In this document: positions 48,208 through 57,158 of the stretch, piece after piece
Numbering within the stretch: the first letter of the stretch is position 1
Layout: every line of letters begins with the position of its first letter
Source: a virus
Taxonomy: Duplodnaviria; Heunggongvirae; Uroviricota; Caudoviricetes
Direction: 5' to 3' (one strand)
Virus record (IMG/VR): IMGVR_UViG_3300021255_003500
Location: 9,962-73,961 of that record
Length of the DNA: 64,000 nucleotides
Notes under the pieces: generated by a model
The model's database searches: none
What the model saw: the letters and a program-made list of their open reading frames with translations, nothing else
Told to the model about the DNA's origin: nothing
Translations under genes and position numbers: made by a program

Positions 48208-50065
48208 CGTTCAGCACGCTGATCTGCGGCACCTGCACGCCGGTGTGATCCCACCTGTAGGGCTTGCCGAAGAACGGCTGATCGCCAGGCATCAGTTCGC
48301 CGATGCGGCGAGTGGCGGGATCAAAGCAGCACTTGATGAACGGGGTTTCTCCGAACTCACGGTTCTTGGTCACCCGGATGTTCGGCTTTTCGATGGACAT
48401 AACAATGTCCGCCAGGTTGGTGATAGCGGCAGAGCCTGCCACATCGTCGGAGCTGAAGGCCTGACCCGCAGGCGTCTTCCGGGGATGCGCCACCAGGATC
48501 ACATGCACCTTGTACCGCACAGCAAACTGCTTCAGCGCGGCAGTGATCTTCGCCTGCATCTTCAGCTCTTCCTCGATGCCCGAAGTAAGCATCATGAGGT
48601 TGTCAACCAGAAACAGTTTGCAGCCATAGCGACGGGCGCACAGAGCAAACCGCTTCAGTACAGAGTCAATCAGAGACTCGCCCTCTTTGACACAGCTATT
48701 GTCGTACAGATAGAACTTGTCGTCCATCCAGGTACGGATCCGCTGCTGGACATCATAGGGCACCTGGGAATACTTCTTTCCGATGCGGTCGTCCTTGTAA
48801 TACGACATGAGCTCCCGGTCGCAGGCCTGGCACATGATCCAGTTCAGGAAATTGCTGGAGGACAGCTCACCGGAGTAAGCGGCAACGCTCTTCTCATCGT
48901 CAATTGCATTCAGCAGAAAGATCCCGCTGATGGTGGACTTGCCTTCGCCGCGCTTGCCGGAGATGACGGTCAGACCGCCTTCGGCAAAGCCGGCAATCGC
49001 CTTGTCCAGCGTCGGAATACGGGTAGCGATTCTCGGAATGCTCTGAGGATTCACCAGACGCACATCGCTCAGGTTCAGCACGCCTTCCACGGGCGCAGGC
49101 TCGCACTGATTGAAGATGTCCTTCAGCACTTCGGGACCGCAGTAATACAGGATCTCGTTGGCATCCTTCAGCTGCGTGGGGCCTTCCTCCTTGTTGATGA
49201 TCGGATATTTCGGAGGCAGCATGCAGCGGTCTTCGCCCAGGCGCTTGACGACGGTGTTGATCATATCCCGGCCGGGAGCATCGTTATCCCCAAAGAGGAT
49301 GAACATACTGAACTTATCCAGCCAGTCCCAGCAAAGCTTGATCCACTCCAGGTTGTTGCAGCCCATGGGAACAGAGACCACATTGGTGATCCCCGCTTCG
49401 TACAGGGACATGGCATCCACCTGACCCTCGGTGATAACCAGAGGCTGGTTGAAGGAGACCTTGTCCATGCCGAACAGGATGGGCTTGCCGTCTTTGCTGG
49501 ACCATTCCTTGCCCTGATTCTTGCTTTCGTCGTCTTTCTTGTTGTACTCCTTCGGCTTGCGGTACTTGATCAGCACCAGCTCTCCGTCCTCATAGAACGG
49601 AAAGGCGATGTTTCCGTAACGGTCGGAGGAAATGTTGAAGGCGTCCAGGGTTTCTTCCGACAGACCACGACCGCAGAGATAGGTGGTGCACTCCTCCGTG
49701 CGGGGGCACAGATCCTTTTCGGGATCCAGCTTGGCGTATTCTTTGATGGGTTCGGGGATCTCGTGGCTGGAATACTTGGGCATGATCACGTCCGCGTGCG
49801 TGACGTTGGCGTTCAGCCGGTACTGCAACTGCTGGAAGTTGCCGGAGGCATTGCACTTGCCCCGATGGCAGTTGTACATGCCGGTGATCCGGTTCAGAAA
49901 GAAGGTATACCGGTCGTCATTGTCCCCGCCACGGCAGAAGGGGCAGTACTCTGGGTTGATTTCGTTGTTGACAATGCGATACTGACCCAGATACGCATTG
50001 GCGAAAGACTTGATTTCGTAAGGCGTCGGCGAGCTCATCACGCCAGCGCTGGCATTCCATTCCAT
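48161..50065 (-). CDS. Bifunctional DNA primase/helicase (Zn-ribbon, TOPRIM and DnaB-like domains).
   Basis: N-terminal CPFC...CHRGKC Zn ribbon. Walker A ISGKRGEGKST. Confidence 0.75.
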   Translation of the reverse strand: MEWNASAGVMSSPTPYEIKSFANAYLGQYRIVNNEINPEYCPFCRGGDNDDRYTFFLNRITGMYNCHRGKCNASGNFQQLQYRLNANVTHADVIMPKYSSHEIPEPIKEYAKLDPEKDLCPRTEECTTYLCGRGLSEETLDAFNISSDRYGNIAFPFYEDGELVLIKYRKPKEYNKKDDESKNQGKEWSSKDGKPILFGMDKVSFNQPLVITEGQVDAMSLYEAGITNVVSVPMGCNNLEWIKLCWDWLDKFSMFILFGDNDAPGRDMINTVVKRLGEDRCMLPPKYPIINKEEGPTQLKDANEILYYCGPEVLKDIFNQCEPAPVEGVLNLSDVRLVNPQSIPRIATRIPTLDKAIAGFAEGGLTVISGKRGEGKSTISGIFLLNAIDDEKSVAAYSGELSSSNFLNWIMCQACDRELMSYYKDDRIGKKYSQVPYDVQQRIRTWMDDKFYLYDNSCVKEGESLIDSVLKRFALCARRYGCKLFLVDNLMMLTSGIEEELKMQAKITAALKQFAVRYKVHVILVAHPRKTPAGQAFSSDDVAGSAAITNLADIVMSIEKPNIRVTKNREFGETPFIKCCFDPATRRIGELMPGDQPFFGKPYRWDHTGVQVPQISVLNDEDFQISYGQEDQPF

Positions 50066-50141
50066 ACTGTTTCACTCCGTTTCTCTCTTATCTGAAGAAT
50101 GTCTGCCGTGGGTTTGGCTCCCACGGCAGACGAATGAAGGA

Positions 50142-50573
50142 TCAAATAGTATCGTCCGTAACCTGGACGGCCTCGCCGGTGGCGGGGATCACCGCAGGAG
50201 TAACATCTACCTTCAGCCCCTGAGTGGCAGAAGGAACAGGAGGCCAGTCCCGCATCTTATCAATCAGCTCATAGGAGCTTACTTTAATCCGCAGACGCTG
50301 CTTGGAGGAACCGTCCTCCCGCACAGACTCCACGGCCTTAAACGCACCCATAATCAGCACCCGCGTGGTCTTCTGCGAATGCTTGAAGAAGAACTCGCTG
50401 CCCATGCCATAGAGGCGGCAGTCATAGAAATTGGTATCGGTGGTGCCGTCCGGCTTCTTGCCGTTGTCCACAGCCACCGTGAAGCGGCACTGAATGTTGC
50501 CGTTGCTGTCATGCACCATTTCGGGATCACGCACGAGGTTACCGGTAATCATAATAAAGCTGCTCATTCGCAT
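50142..50573 (-). CDS. ssb: Single-stranded DNA-binding protein.
   Basis: OB-fold N-terminus MRMSSFIMITGNLVRDPEMV.... Confidence 0.65.
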   Translation of the reverse strand: MRMSSFIMITGNLVRDPEMVHDSNGNIQCRFTVAVDNGKKPDGTTDTNFYDCRLYGMGSEFFFKHSQKTTRVLIMGAFKAVESVREDGSSKQRLRIKVSSYELIDKMRDWPPVPSATQGLKVDVTPAVIPATGEAVQVTDDTI

Positions 50574-50593
50574 AACTTCCTTTCATCTTGGCC

Positions 50594-51361
50594 TTACGCC
50601 AGTGTTTCCATAGCCTTGAGGCTGTTGTAAAGCGCGGTCAGTTTCTCCCGATCCGCACAGGTCTTATAGTTGTAGTCCCCGAGGACGGACTTGATATGCT
50701 GATCTCCGAAGCTCTTCTTCTGCTCCGGGGTTGCCGAAGCGATCAGACGCCGGACCTGCACATCCACATTGCGCTGCAGCGCAGCAAGCTCCTGGGCAGC
50801 ACGAACGGCTTCCCGTTCCTTCTCCATCCGGGCAGCGCGGTCTTCCTCGGACTCCTCCGGAAGATCCTCACCGGCATAGATGTACAGACCCAGACCGTGA
50901 CGGGCTGCCGCCTTGGTGAGACTCCGCTGGATTGCCTTATTGACATCCATGGAAGTCACATTGTCATAGGGAATGGAACGGTTCTTGAAATCCATCACGG
51001 GCAGCATCTCGATATATTCCAGATCGCCCATGGTGACACCGGTCTTTACCCAACAGGTTCGTCCATCGGTGAAATAGTTGCAGGGACCATACTCTGTCTG
51101 CCGTTCATAAACGGTATAGGTCACATCGGGACAAGCTTTCTTCAGCTCTGCCCATGCCCAGGCCCAGGACAGGTAAGTCAGACCATTCTTCTGCTCCGTA
51201 TGGTCATTCACGTTGGTTTGGTTGAGCTTGTCAAAGTAGTTTTCAACGTCCTTCACGGACGCCTTCGCCTGGAAGAGCTGGTTTGCCATCTCTGCAACGG
51301 AGTTCAGTTTCTCCTCCAGACCGTTCAGGCGTTCCATGACTTCGTTGTTGGTTACAGCCAT
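50594..51361 (-). CDS. Putative single-strand annealing (Sak/RAD52-like) protein.
   Basis: LTYLSWAWAWAELKK motif plus a coiled-coil N-terminus. Assignment is weak. Confidence 0.35.
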   Translation of the reverse strand: MAVTNNEVMERLNGLEEKLNSVAEMANQLFQAKASVKDVENYFDKLNQTNVNDHTEQKNGLTYLSWAWAWAELKKACPDVTYTVYERQTEYGPCNYFTDGRTCWVKTGVTMGDLEYIEMLPVMDFKNRSIPYDNVTSMDVNKAIQRSLTKAAARHGLGLYIYAGEDLPEESEEDRAARMEKEREAVRAAQELAALQRNVDVQVRRLIASATPEQKKSFGDQHIKSVLGDYNYKTCADREKLTALYNSLKAMETLA

Positions 51362-51377
51362 TCAATCTCTCCTTTAT

Positions 51378-51408
51378 GCATCAAAAAACAGGAGGGATGG
51401 CCTCCTGT
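51378..51408 (-). terminator. Rho-independent terminator on the minus strand (CAGGAGG-GATGG-CCTCCTG followed by a T-run).
   Basis: Hairpin plus TTTTTTG on the minus strand, after the stop of gene 51408. Confidence 0.5.
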
Positions 51409-52136
51409 TATCCGGCCTTCTTCCGAAGGCGCTGCTTGTATTCCCGCCAGGTCTTCTGCCGGTAAAGCTTCTGGCATTCCGGACACCGGAGCTGACGATT
51501 GTTCTTTCGATCCAGGATCTTGCCGCAGTCCACGCAGTTGAACAGCAACTGACCGCCGCTCTTGAAGTTCTTGCAGGCATGATCCGCACACCAGATGGGT
51601 GTCGCCGCACCGCAGTCCGGACAGATCCGGCAGGCGATCAGGTTCTGTTCCAGCGTCCGCAGGGCAATGTTCCCGAAAACCCGCCAGAACATCTGTTTAT
51701 GGGCGTTCTTGGCAATGCCTTCCTCATTAAACAGATGGGTGACAATGGAAGGATAGACCGCTTCTAAGGAACCATACCGATGAATCAGCTGCTCCGAGAT
51801 CTGATCCCGGATAAAGTCATAGCCGATGGAGGTATTGCGTTCCGCCGCGTCCATCTCCTCCGAGACGATGATCTGGTTCGCCCGGTTGGTGTTGTCCATG
51901 CCCTCGAACAGCAGCACCGCATCTCCATTGAACGCGAAAGGCTTCGGCGGCAGCATCATACTGATGTTGAATGGCGCTACCCCTGCCAGGTTCATGTTGA
52001 TATTCGGAATGTCGTCGAACTTGGCGCAGATCCGGTTCATGGTGGAGTTGTTCGGCTGCTTTACCTTGCGCAGCACCTGTCCACCGGGTGCCAAATGTCG
52101 CCCATTTCTTGAGTATTTGAAGAAAAACCTTTCTAC
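51408..52136 (-). CDS. Exon 2 of an intron-split gene of unknown function with C-terminal multi-Cys Zn ribbons.
   Basis: Long ORF in frame with the codon immediately after the intron omega-G (GUA at 52134-52136). The track start at TTG 52094 is probably an artefact. Confidence 0.5.
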   Translation of the reverse strand, partial: VERFFFKYSRNGRHLAPGGQVLRKVKQPNNSTMNRICAKFDDIPNINMNLAGVAPFNISMMLPPKPFAFNGDAVLLFEGMDNTNRANQIIVSEEMDAAERNTSIGYDFIRDQISEQLIHRYGSLEAVYPSIVTHLFNEEGIAKNAHKQMFWRVFGNIALRTLEQNLIACRICPDCGAATPIWCADHACKNFKSGGQLLFNCVDCGKILDRKNNRQLRCPECQKLYRQKTWREYKQRLRKKAG

Positions 52137-52404
52137 CCTCGGTTTCCCGATATTTATAAGGGGAGTAGACTATATCTTCATCTGTATAACAGATGCGTGG
52201 CACTTCGAAGTACCGAATTTCACAGTACTTCTACTCCATAAAGGATAGTCGTTACACCTTACTCATTGCTGAGTCTTGGCACGGTATTGACTTGCGCTAT
52301 GAGAGCGTTTAGTGTTTTACCGTTAGCACAGCATTGCTGTACACCCCATATGTATGGGTTCACCACGTTATCTTATATCCTCACGGATATAAGGCCCTAT
52401 TCTT
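52137..52404 (-). mobile_element. Compact group I intron (td-like, about 268 nt, no internal ORF).
   Basis: About 170 nt of the 3' core and about 90 nt of the 5' part are shared with the dnaE intron. UAACGACUAUCCUUUAUGGAGUAG and GAAGAUAUAGUCU closely match the T4 td P7/P3/P8 region. P1 covaries (exon GCCU/intron GGGC here, versus GGCU/GGCC in dnaE). Confidence 0.6.
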
Positions 52405-52548
52405 AAGGCATTTGTCCATTCTTTCCACCAACCAGCTTCGAAATGAACTTATTGATCGCAGGATATTGTTCGTAAGAGTTGATCACGCCAGACTTTGCAC
52501 CATCAATCCCTTGCTACTGTATGTTTCCATACAGAGTAGACTGTATCA
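52405..52548 (-). CDS. Exon 1 (48 codons, one in-frame TAG at 52513-52515) of the intron-split gene. It is preceded by a 3-codon mini-ORF (MSL) whose UGA stop overlaps this exon's AUG (AUGA).
   Basis: ORF MIQSTLYGNIQ(TAG)QGIDGAKSGVINSYEQYPAINKFISKLVGGKNGQMP ends exactly at the inferred 5' splice site. Upstream RBS AAGGAGAGA. Confidence 0.4.
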
Positions 52549-52591
52549 TAGACTCATGGAGTCTCTCCTTGTCAGTCGTTCGGGCGCACTA

Positions 52592-53278
52592 TCAGTTGGC
52601 GCCACGGGATTGCCTTGCTCGTGTATTGTGGTGATTAGCTGCACAATACTCATCCCATCCTTCTACTTCAACGAAGCGCCAGGAACGATTGCTTCTTATT
52701 GCGTTGATGTTTGCACGAGAGATGTTGTATTTTTCAGCTAAATCATCCCATGATATATTAGCCATAAGATCCTTTTTGATTTCTGCTACTTGGGTTGCTG
52801 TAAGTTTTGTTGTTTTCATTGGTTCTTCGTTGAGAATTTTATGAATTCTGGTCGCAATCATTTTATCGCTCATCCCTTCCGGGCGTTTTTTGCCAAGACG
52901 AGTACGCGACATTTTGGCTTTCGTTTCTTCGGAAGCTTTCTTTCCAGTATTTAATCGACGATTCAGTTCACCGAGTTCTTTGCGTCTGTATTCCGGCAGC
53001 GGGACGCCGTGTGCTCCAGCTCCTCCGTCGGCGATGTTACAACAATGCCCAACTTCGCGAGCTTTAGCAATGTATTCAATTTCTAAATCGTCTAATAAGC
53101 TTTCGTCTTCAACTGATTTTAATACTGAAAATTGAAAAGCTTCTTCTCCATACTTATTATACGAAGATTGCAACCATTTGTTATCATGCTGGTTAGTTCT
53201 TAACTTCCAACGATGAAAACAATAGCGTTTTTCAAAAGACTCTCTTGTCTGACCAACATAAACCAAACCAGAAATCAA
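52592..53278 (-). CDS. GIY-YIG homing endonuclease with a C-terminal NUMOD/HTH DNA-binding domain.
   Basis: ISGLVYVGQTRESFEKRYCFH matches the GIY-YIG motif. C-terminus has TKLTATQVAEIKKDL...SRANINAIRSNRSW. Confidence 0.7.
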   Translation of the reverse strand: MISGLVYVGQTRESFEKRYCFHRWKLRTNQHDNKWLQSSYNKYGEEAFQFSVLKSVEDESLLDDLEIEYIAKAREVGHCCNIADGGAGAHGVPLPEYRRKELGELNRRLNTGKKASEETKAKMSRTRLGKKRPEGMSDKMIATRIHKILNEEPMKTTKLTATQVAEIKKDLMANISWDDLAEKYNISRANINAIRSNRSWRFVEVEGWDEYCAANHHNTRARQSRGAN

Positions 53279-53418
53279 GTTTCGGATCTCATAAATGCCT
53301 ATCTAATTACGATAGATATCTTCGTTGACGAAATGCATCATATGATCACCACCTTTCATTTGTAATACACGAGTTTAGGGTTTCCCCGTTATTCGGAGTT
53401 CAATAACATGTCGCCATG

Positions 53419-55440
53419 TTAAGGGGCAATTATGTTTACCTGATTATTATAGTAGCAAAGTAATCCACTGGCACGGATCTCATCTTCGCCGATGGTATTA
53501 CGGTTCCAGAGCTTGCACAGATTGTTGGAGATCTGCCCGATACCGGAACAGTCATGGGCACGCTGCACCGCCTTGTACATCATGAGGCTGTCGATTTTCT
53601 CCGGCTTCGCTGCGTTCGCGTCGTAGAACAGCGGGATGATATTAAACTTCTCGACGTTGCGCTTCGCTGCCTGCACGATGACATTCTCGACAACCACATG
53701 CAGCTGGTCCCCATCGCAATCGAATTGCAAAATTCTGCTGATGAGATCATGCACGCTAGTATAGACGCCATTGGACCGCAGCCAGGAGTATACATCGGAC
53801 CGGTGCGTAATGCGCCGGACCGCGTGTTCCATGGACAGATGAGGAGACCGGAGGCAGTCGGCCTCGTCGAAGGCCTGGTAAACCCGGCAGGCGATCTCTC
53901 CGTTCTGCAATAAGCCAGGCGGATGCTCCATGTGCAGGAACCAGAACTGACAGGCTGCATACATATCCGGGATGACGAACATACGCTTATTCCGACAGAC
54001 AATGCGGCCAGATTGGGCGTCGTAGGTCCAGCGGCGCTTGATATCCCGCAGAGTCTGACGGCAGTATCCATCCCGCAGCAACGGCGGATACAGGCTCAAA
54101 GCCCTGCGAAAGGGCTGATCGCTGTAGACATCCGCTCGCAGCACCCGCAGCATGGTCTCCGGATCCTTGGCGATATCATGAATCTTGTTCCAGGTCTTCT
54201 GTGTGAAGCGGTCGATCTCCTCATCCGTGAAGTCCACCAGAGTTTCCAGGAACTGGTAATTCATGTAAGCGTCCGGGATATAGGTTTCCTCATAGTTGGT
54301 ACGGGCGAAGGTCCAGCCGCATTCCCGGAAGCAGCGCTTGTAGTGCTCCCAGTTGTCATAATATTTCCAGAGTTTCAGCTGGGACTTGGTGAAGATCACC
54401 CGGATATCCTCTGCGATCAGATCATGATAATCTCCCCAGACATCCTTGATCAGCGGACGCTCGATGCCATGCTCCCGGCAGAAACGCAGGAAGTCAAAGG
54501 GCGTCAGCAGACCTTTCAGGTAGAGACCACGGACCATGAAGTTAAAATCGCAGACAGAGGGCAGCATCATTCCGACACCGTCACAATGGTTGATCATGAC
54601 GGTGCGCTCGCCGATCTCCTCCGTATAGTCCGGGTTGATGAACTTCATCATGCCGGTGACAGGGGCTTCAAAGTCCGGGATCACGATGCAGCGGTCGATA
54701 TCCAGCTCCGGCCAGGGATCCGTAGCGCCGGTGCACAGAGCGGTATAAGCCAGCAGCTTCGCCGCGTTGATGCCGCCGTGAGCGTTGATCACATCCCAGG
54801 ACATACCGCCTTCGAAATGGGTATGGATCTTCTCCCAGGCGTCCACGGAGATGAACTGCACCTTGTCCGTCCGCAGCTGGCCGGCAGACGCCGTGAGGAA
54901 ACGGTAACGCTTCATCTGGATGGTGCCATCCGGGTGCTCGATGGGGATGACGAAGCCGTCCACGCACATCTGGCGCAGGATATCCGTGGACTTCCAGCGG
55001 ATGATCACCTTATCGAAGGTGACCTCATCCTTGCCGATGCCCAGAGTGCGGCTGAAATCAGAGAAGAACTCTGCGATCCTTCTGGACTGGCGGAGGGTAT
55101 TCCACGCAATGCCTTTGGGCATTACAGGCTTTTCGTCTTCCCAATTGAGGAAACGGGTATCTACCACGTTCGCCACCCGCAGGACCCTGGCCTTGCCATC
55201 GTGCTTCTGGATCTCCGTTTCCAGTTCCAGCTGCTTGGACTTCTTCCGGGTGAACAGCTGCTCCCGAAGCTCCGATTCCATGTCTTTTTTGCCGGCAGCC
55301 TTCGCTTCTTCCTCCGCGTTCTTCAGATCTTCAATGGCTGCCATGATCTCCGTATAGAGATCATATTCCTTCTTGGTGAAGAAATCCGTGGTAGAGAAGG
55401 TACAAAGACGGTACTGCTGGCTCAAGTAGGATTTTAACAT
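53419..55440 (-). CDS. YonO-like non-canonical single-subunit RNA polymerase (two-barrel, DxDGD type).
   Basis: ILQFDCDGDQLHVVVENV resembles the beta-prime NADFDGDQ catalytic motif. 673 aa. Confidence 0.55.
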   Translation of the reverse strand: MLKSYLSQQYRLCTFSTTDFFTKKEYDLYTEIMAAIEDLKNAEEEAKAAGKKDMESELREQLFTRKKSKQLELETEIQKHDGKARVLRVANVVDTRFLNWEDEKPVMPKGIAWNTLRQSRRIAEFFSDFSRTLGIGKDEVTFDKVIIRWKSTDILRQMCVDGFVIPIEHPDGTIQMKRYRFLTASAGQLRTDKVQFISVDAWEKIHTHFEGGMSWDVINAHGGINAAKLLAYTALCTGATDPWPELDIDRCIVIPDFEAPVTGMMKFINPDYTEEIGERTVMINHCDGVGMMLPSVCDFNFMVRGLYLKGLLTPFDFLRFCREHGIERPLIKDVWGDYHDLIAEDIRVIFTKSQLKLWKYYDNWEHYKRCFRECGWTFARTNYEETYIPDAYMNYQFLETLVDFTDEEIDRFTQKTWNKIHDIAKDPETMLRVLRADVYSDQPFRRALSLYPPLLRDGYCRQTLRDIKRRWTYDAQSGRIVCRNKRMFVIPDMYAACQFWFLHMEHPPGLLQNGEIACRVYQAFDEADCLRSPHLSMEHAVRRITHRSDVYSWLRSNGVYTSVHDLISRILQFDCDGDQLHVVVENVIVQAAKRNVEKFNIIPLFYDANAAKPEKIDSLMMYKAVQRAHDCSGIGQISNNLCKLWNRNTIGEDEIRASGLLCYYNNQVNIIAP

Positions 55441-55576
55441 CTACATCTCTCCCCTCTTGGTGATCGCAAGAGACGAGGCGGAGAACGATTTGTCAAATCA
55501 TCCTGCTCCTTTCGTATCTTACGTAAAACGCAAGATACAGTTTTTGTCCTTGAATTTCAAGTGAACAGACAGAACA

Positions 55577-55979
55577 TTATTTTTGACCCTGCTGCCTGGC
55601 CCAGAACGGAATGTTCATCTCCGGGCGATAGCCGTTGTACCGCACGGTTTCAAAGTCCGCAAGGTTGTTCATGATTCCGTTCAGACGGTCTTTCAGGTCA
55701 CTGATCTTGACCCAGCCTGGCTTTTTGTCCATGATAGCGTCGATATCGTAGTACCAGAGACCTACATCCGGAGGGCAGGTATAGTCATACTCGCCGCAGA
55801 AATCCTGAAGCTTCTTCAGCCCCTTCTCGGAAGTGATCTCCAGGATGTCCGCGTTGCAGATCAGGGCTTCGCAGTCTATGGTAATTTCATCCCAGCCATT
55901 GTACAGTTTGACCCATCCGCGCACGTCTTCCGGGATCGACGGGGTCATATCGAAGGGCGTCCATTCGGCTACTGCCATT
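55577..55979 (-). CDS. Hypothetical protein.
   Basis: ATG 55979 with RBS GGAGTGAAAA. Confidence 0.45.
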
Positions 55980-56062
55980 GTTTTCACTCCTCTGTTTGAT
56001 GAATGATTGTTTGATGCGGTCGGTATAGGAGAAGCTCTTGTCCAGTTCATTTGTCAGCCTCC

Positions 56063-57142
56063 TCAGGTAGCCGGGAAGGGATCTCCGTCGCTGTATGGGA
56101 TCAGCGGATAATCCTGATCAGTGTCGTAGTCATTGGCGTACATATTCGTAATCATATCGAGGGGATTCTCCTCATCTACCCGGAAGAACTCCGCTTCTCC
56201 GGGCTCAAACTCGATCGCCTTACCCTGATAGTCGTAAACGAAGACATCGTTGTAGAAGGGATAAGCAACATCCTCTTTCTGGTCATAGAGATACAGCGCT
56301 CCGTAACGATCGAGCATGTAAATCTCTTCTCTGGTGCCCGTATCCAGCAGATCCTGGTTTTCCAGATCTTCGATCAGCGCCTTTTCCGGCAGACGCATCA
56401 GCCGAATATTGGTATAGTGATATTTATCCAGGGAAGGCTTCTTCTTGACAGGAATACCCCAGTCATCGGGATCCAGCTCGTCGCCATAGTCGCCCCAGTA
56501 CTCGCTGATATAGCCGTTGCCGCTGGTATAGTGATAGGACCGCGTGTACCAGTTGTAGCTGTAGCTGCTGTTGGAATAGAGCAGGCCATGATCCTCGATG
56601 AAGTCGCCCACGGTGTAGACTTCACCGTCCGGGGTCATGAAGGCCAGCTTGCTGCCGGTCATGGACTTGATCAGAGCCATGCAGTCATCATTCAGATACC
56701 AATAAGGCTTGATCTTCGCCAGCAGATACAGCTGGGAGGCGATCCATTCCATGGTATCGGAGATGTCCTTGCTGCGGGTGGTGATATCGATGATGCCATT
56801 GTGAGCAATGCCGAGACTGGTCGCGCAGTTCAGTTTCTGCATGACGCAGATCTTGTCCGTCAGCGGGAAAGGATGGGTATTGGCGGGAACGTTGCCGCCA
56901 GCGGTACCGATCCGGAAATGGAAGACGATGGAGGTATTCGTCAGATCACCGCCGCGCTTCTCCTGCAGATCCTTGACAGCAGCCTGGAAATCGCTGAGCT
57001 TCATGAAGCCCTTGCTGATGTGGACGACGTTGCCGTCTGCCCACATGAAGCCTGCGCCGTCCCGGTTGTTGGTCCACATATTCTCAAAGTTCTCTTCGGT
57101 GGGCATGGGAATGCCGGCTTTCTTCACACAGATCACGCACAT
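56063..57142 (-). CDS. Class-II glutamine amidotransferase-like Ntn hydrolase (N-terminal nucleophile Cys, MCVIC...).
   Basis: ATG 57142 with RBS AAGGAGAG. Cys immediately after the initiator Met. Confidence 0.55.
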   Translation of the reverse strand: MCVICVKKAGIPMPTEENFENMWTNNRDGAGFMWADGNVVHISKGFMKLSDFQAAVKDLQEKRGGDLTNTSIVFHFRIGTAGGNVPANTHPFPLTDKICVMQKLNCATSLGIAHNGIIDITTRSKDISDTMEWIASQLYLLAKIKPYWYLNDDCMALIKSMTGSKLAFMTPDGEVYTVGDFIEDHGLLYSNSSYSYNWYTRSYHYTSGNGYISEYWGDYGDELDPDDWGIPVKKKPSLDKYHYTNIRLMRLPEKALIEDLENQDLLDTGTREEIYMLDRYGALYLYDQKEDVAYPFYNDVFVYDYQGKAIEFEPGEAEFFRVDEENPLDMITNMYANDYDTDQDYPLIPYSDGDPFPAT

Positions 57143-57158
57143 AGTATTCTCTCCTTTA

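Noticed and set aside
53419-55440. Considered annotating the RNAP as exon 1 of a three-exon gene continuing through the GIY-YIG region into 52548 and 51408.
   Set aside because: No consistent splice sites or frame could be derived for a first intron. The downstream gene has its own strong RBS and start after an in-frame TGA. It is left as an open question in the findings.
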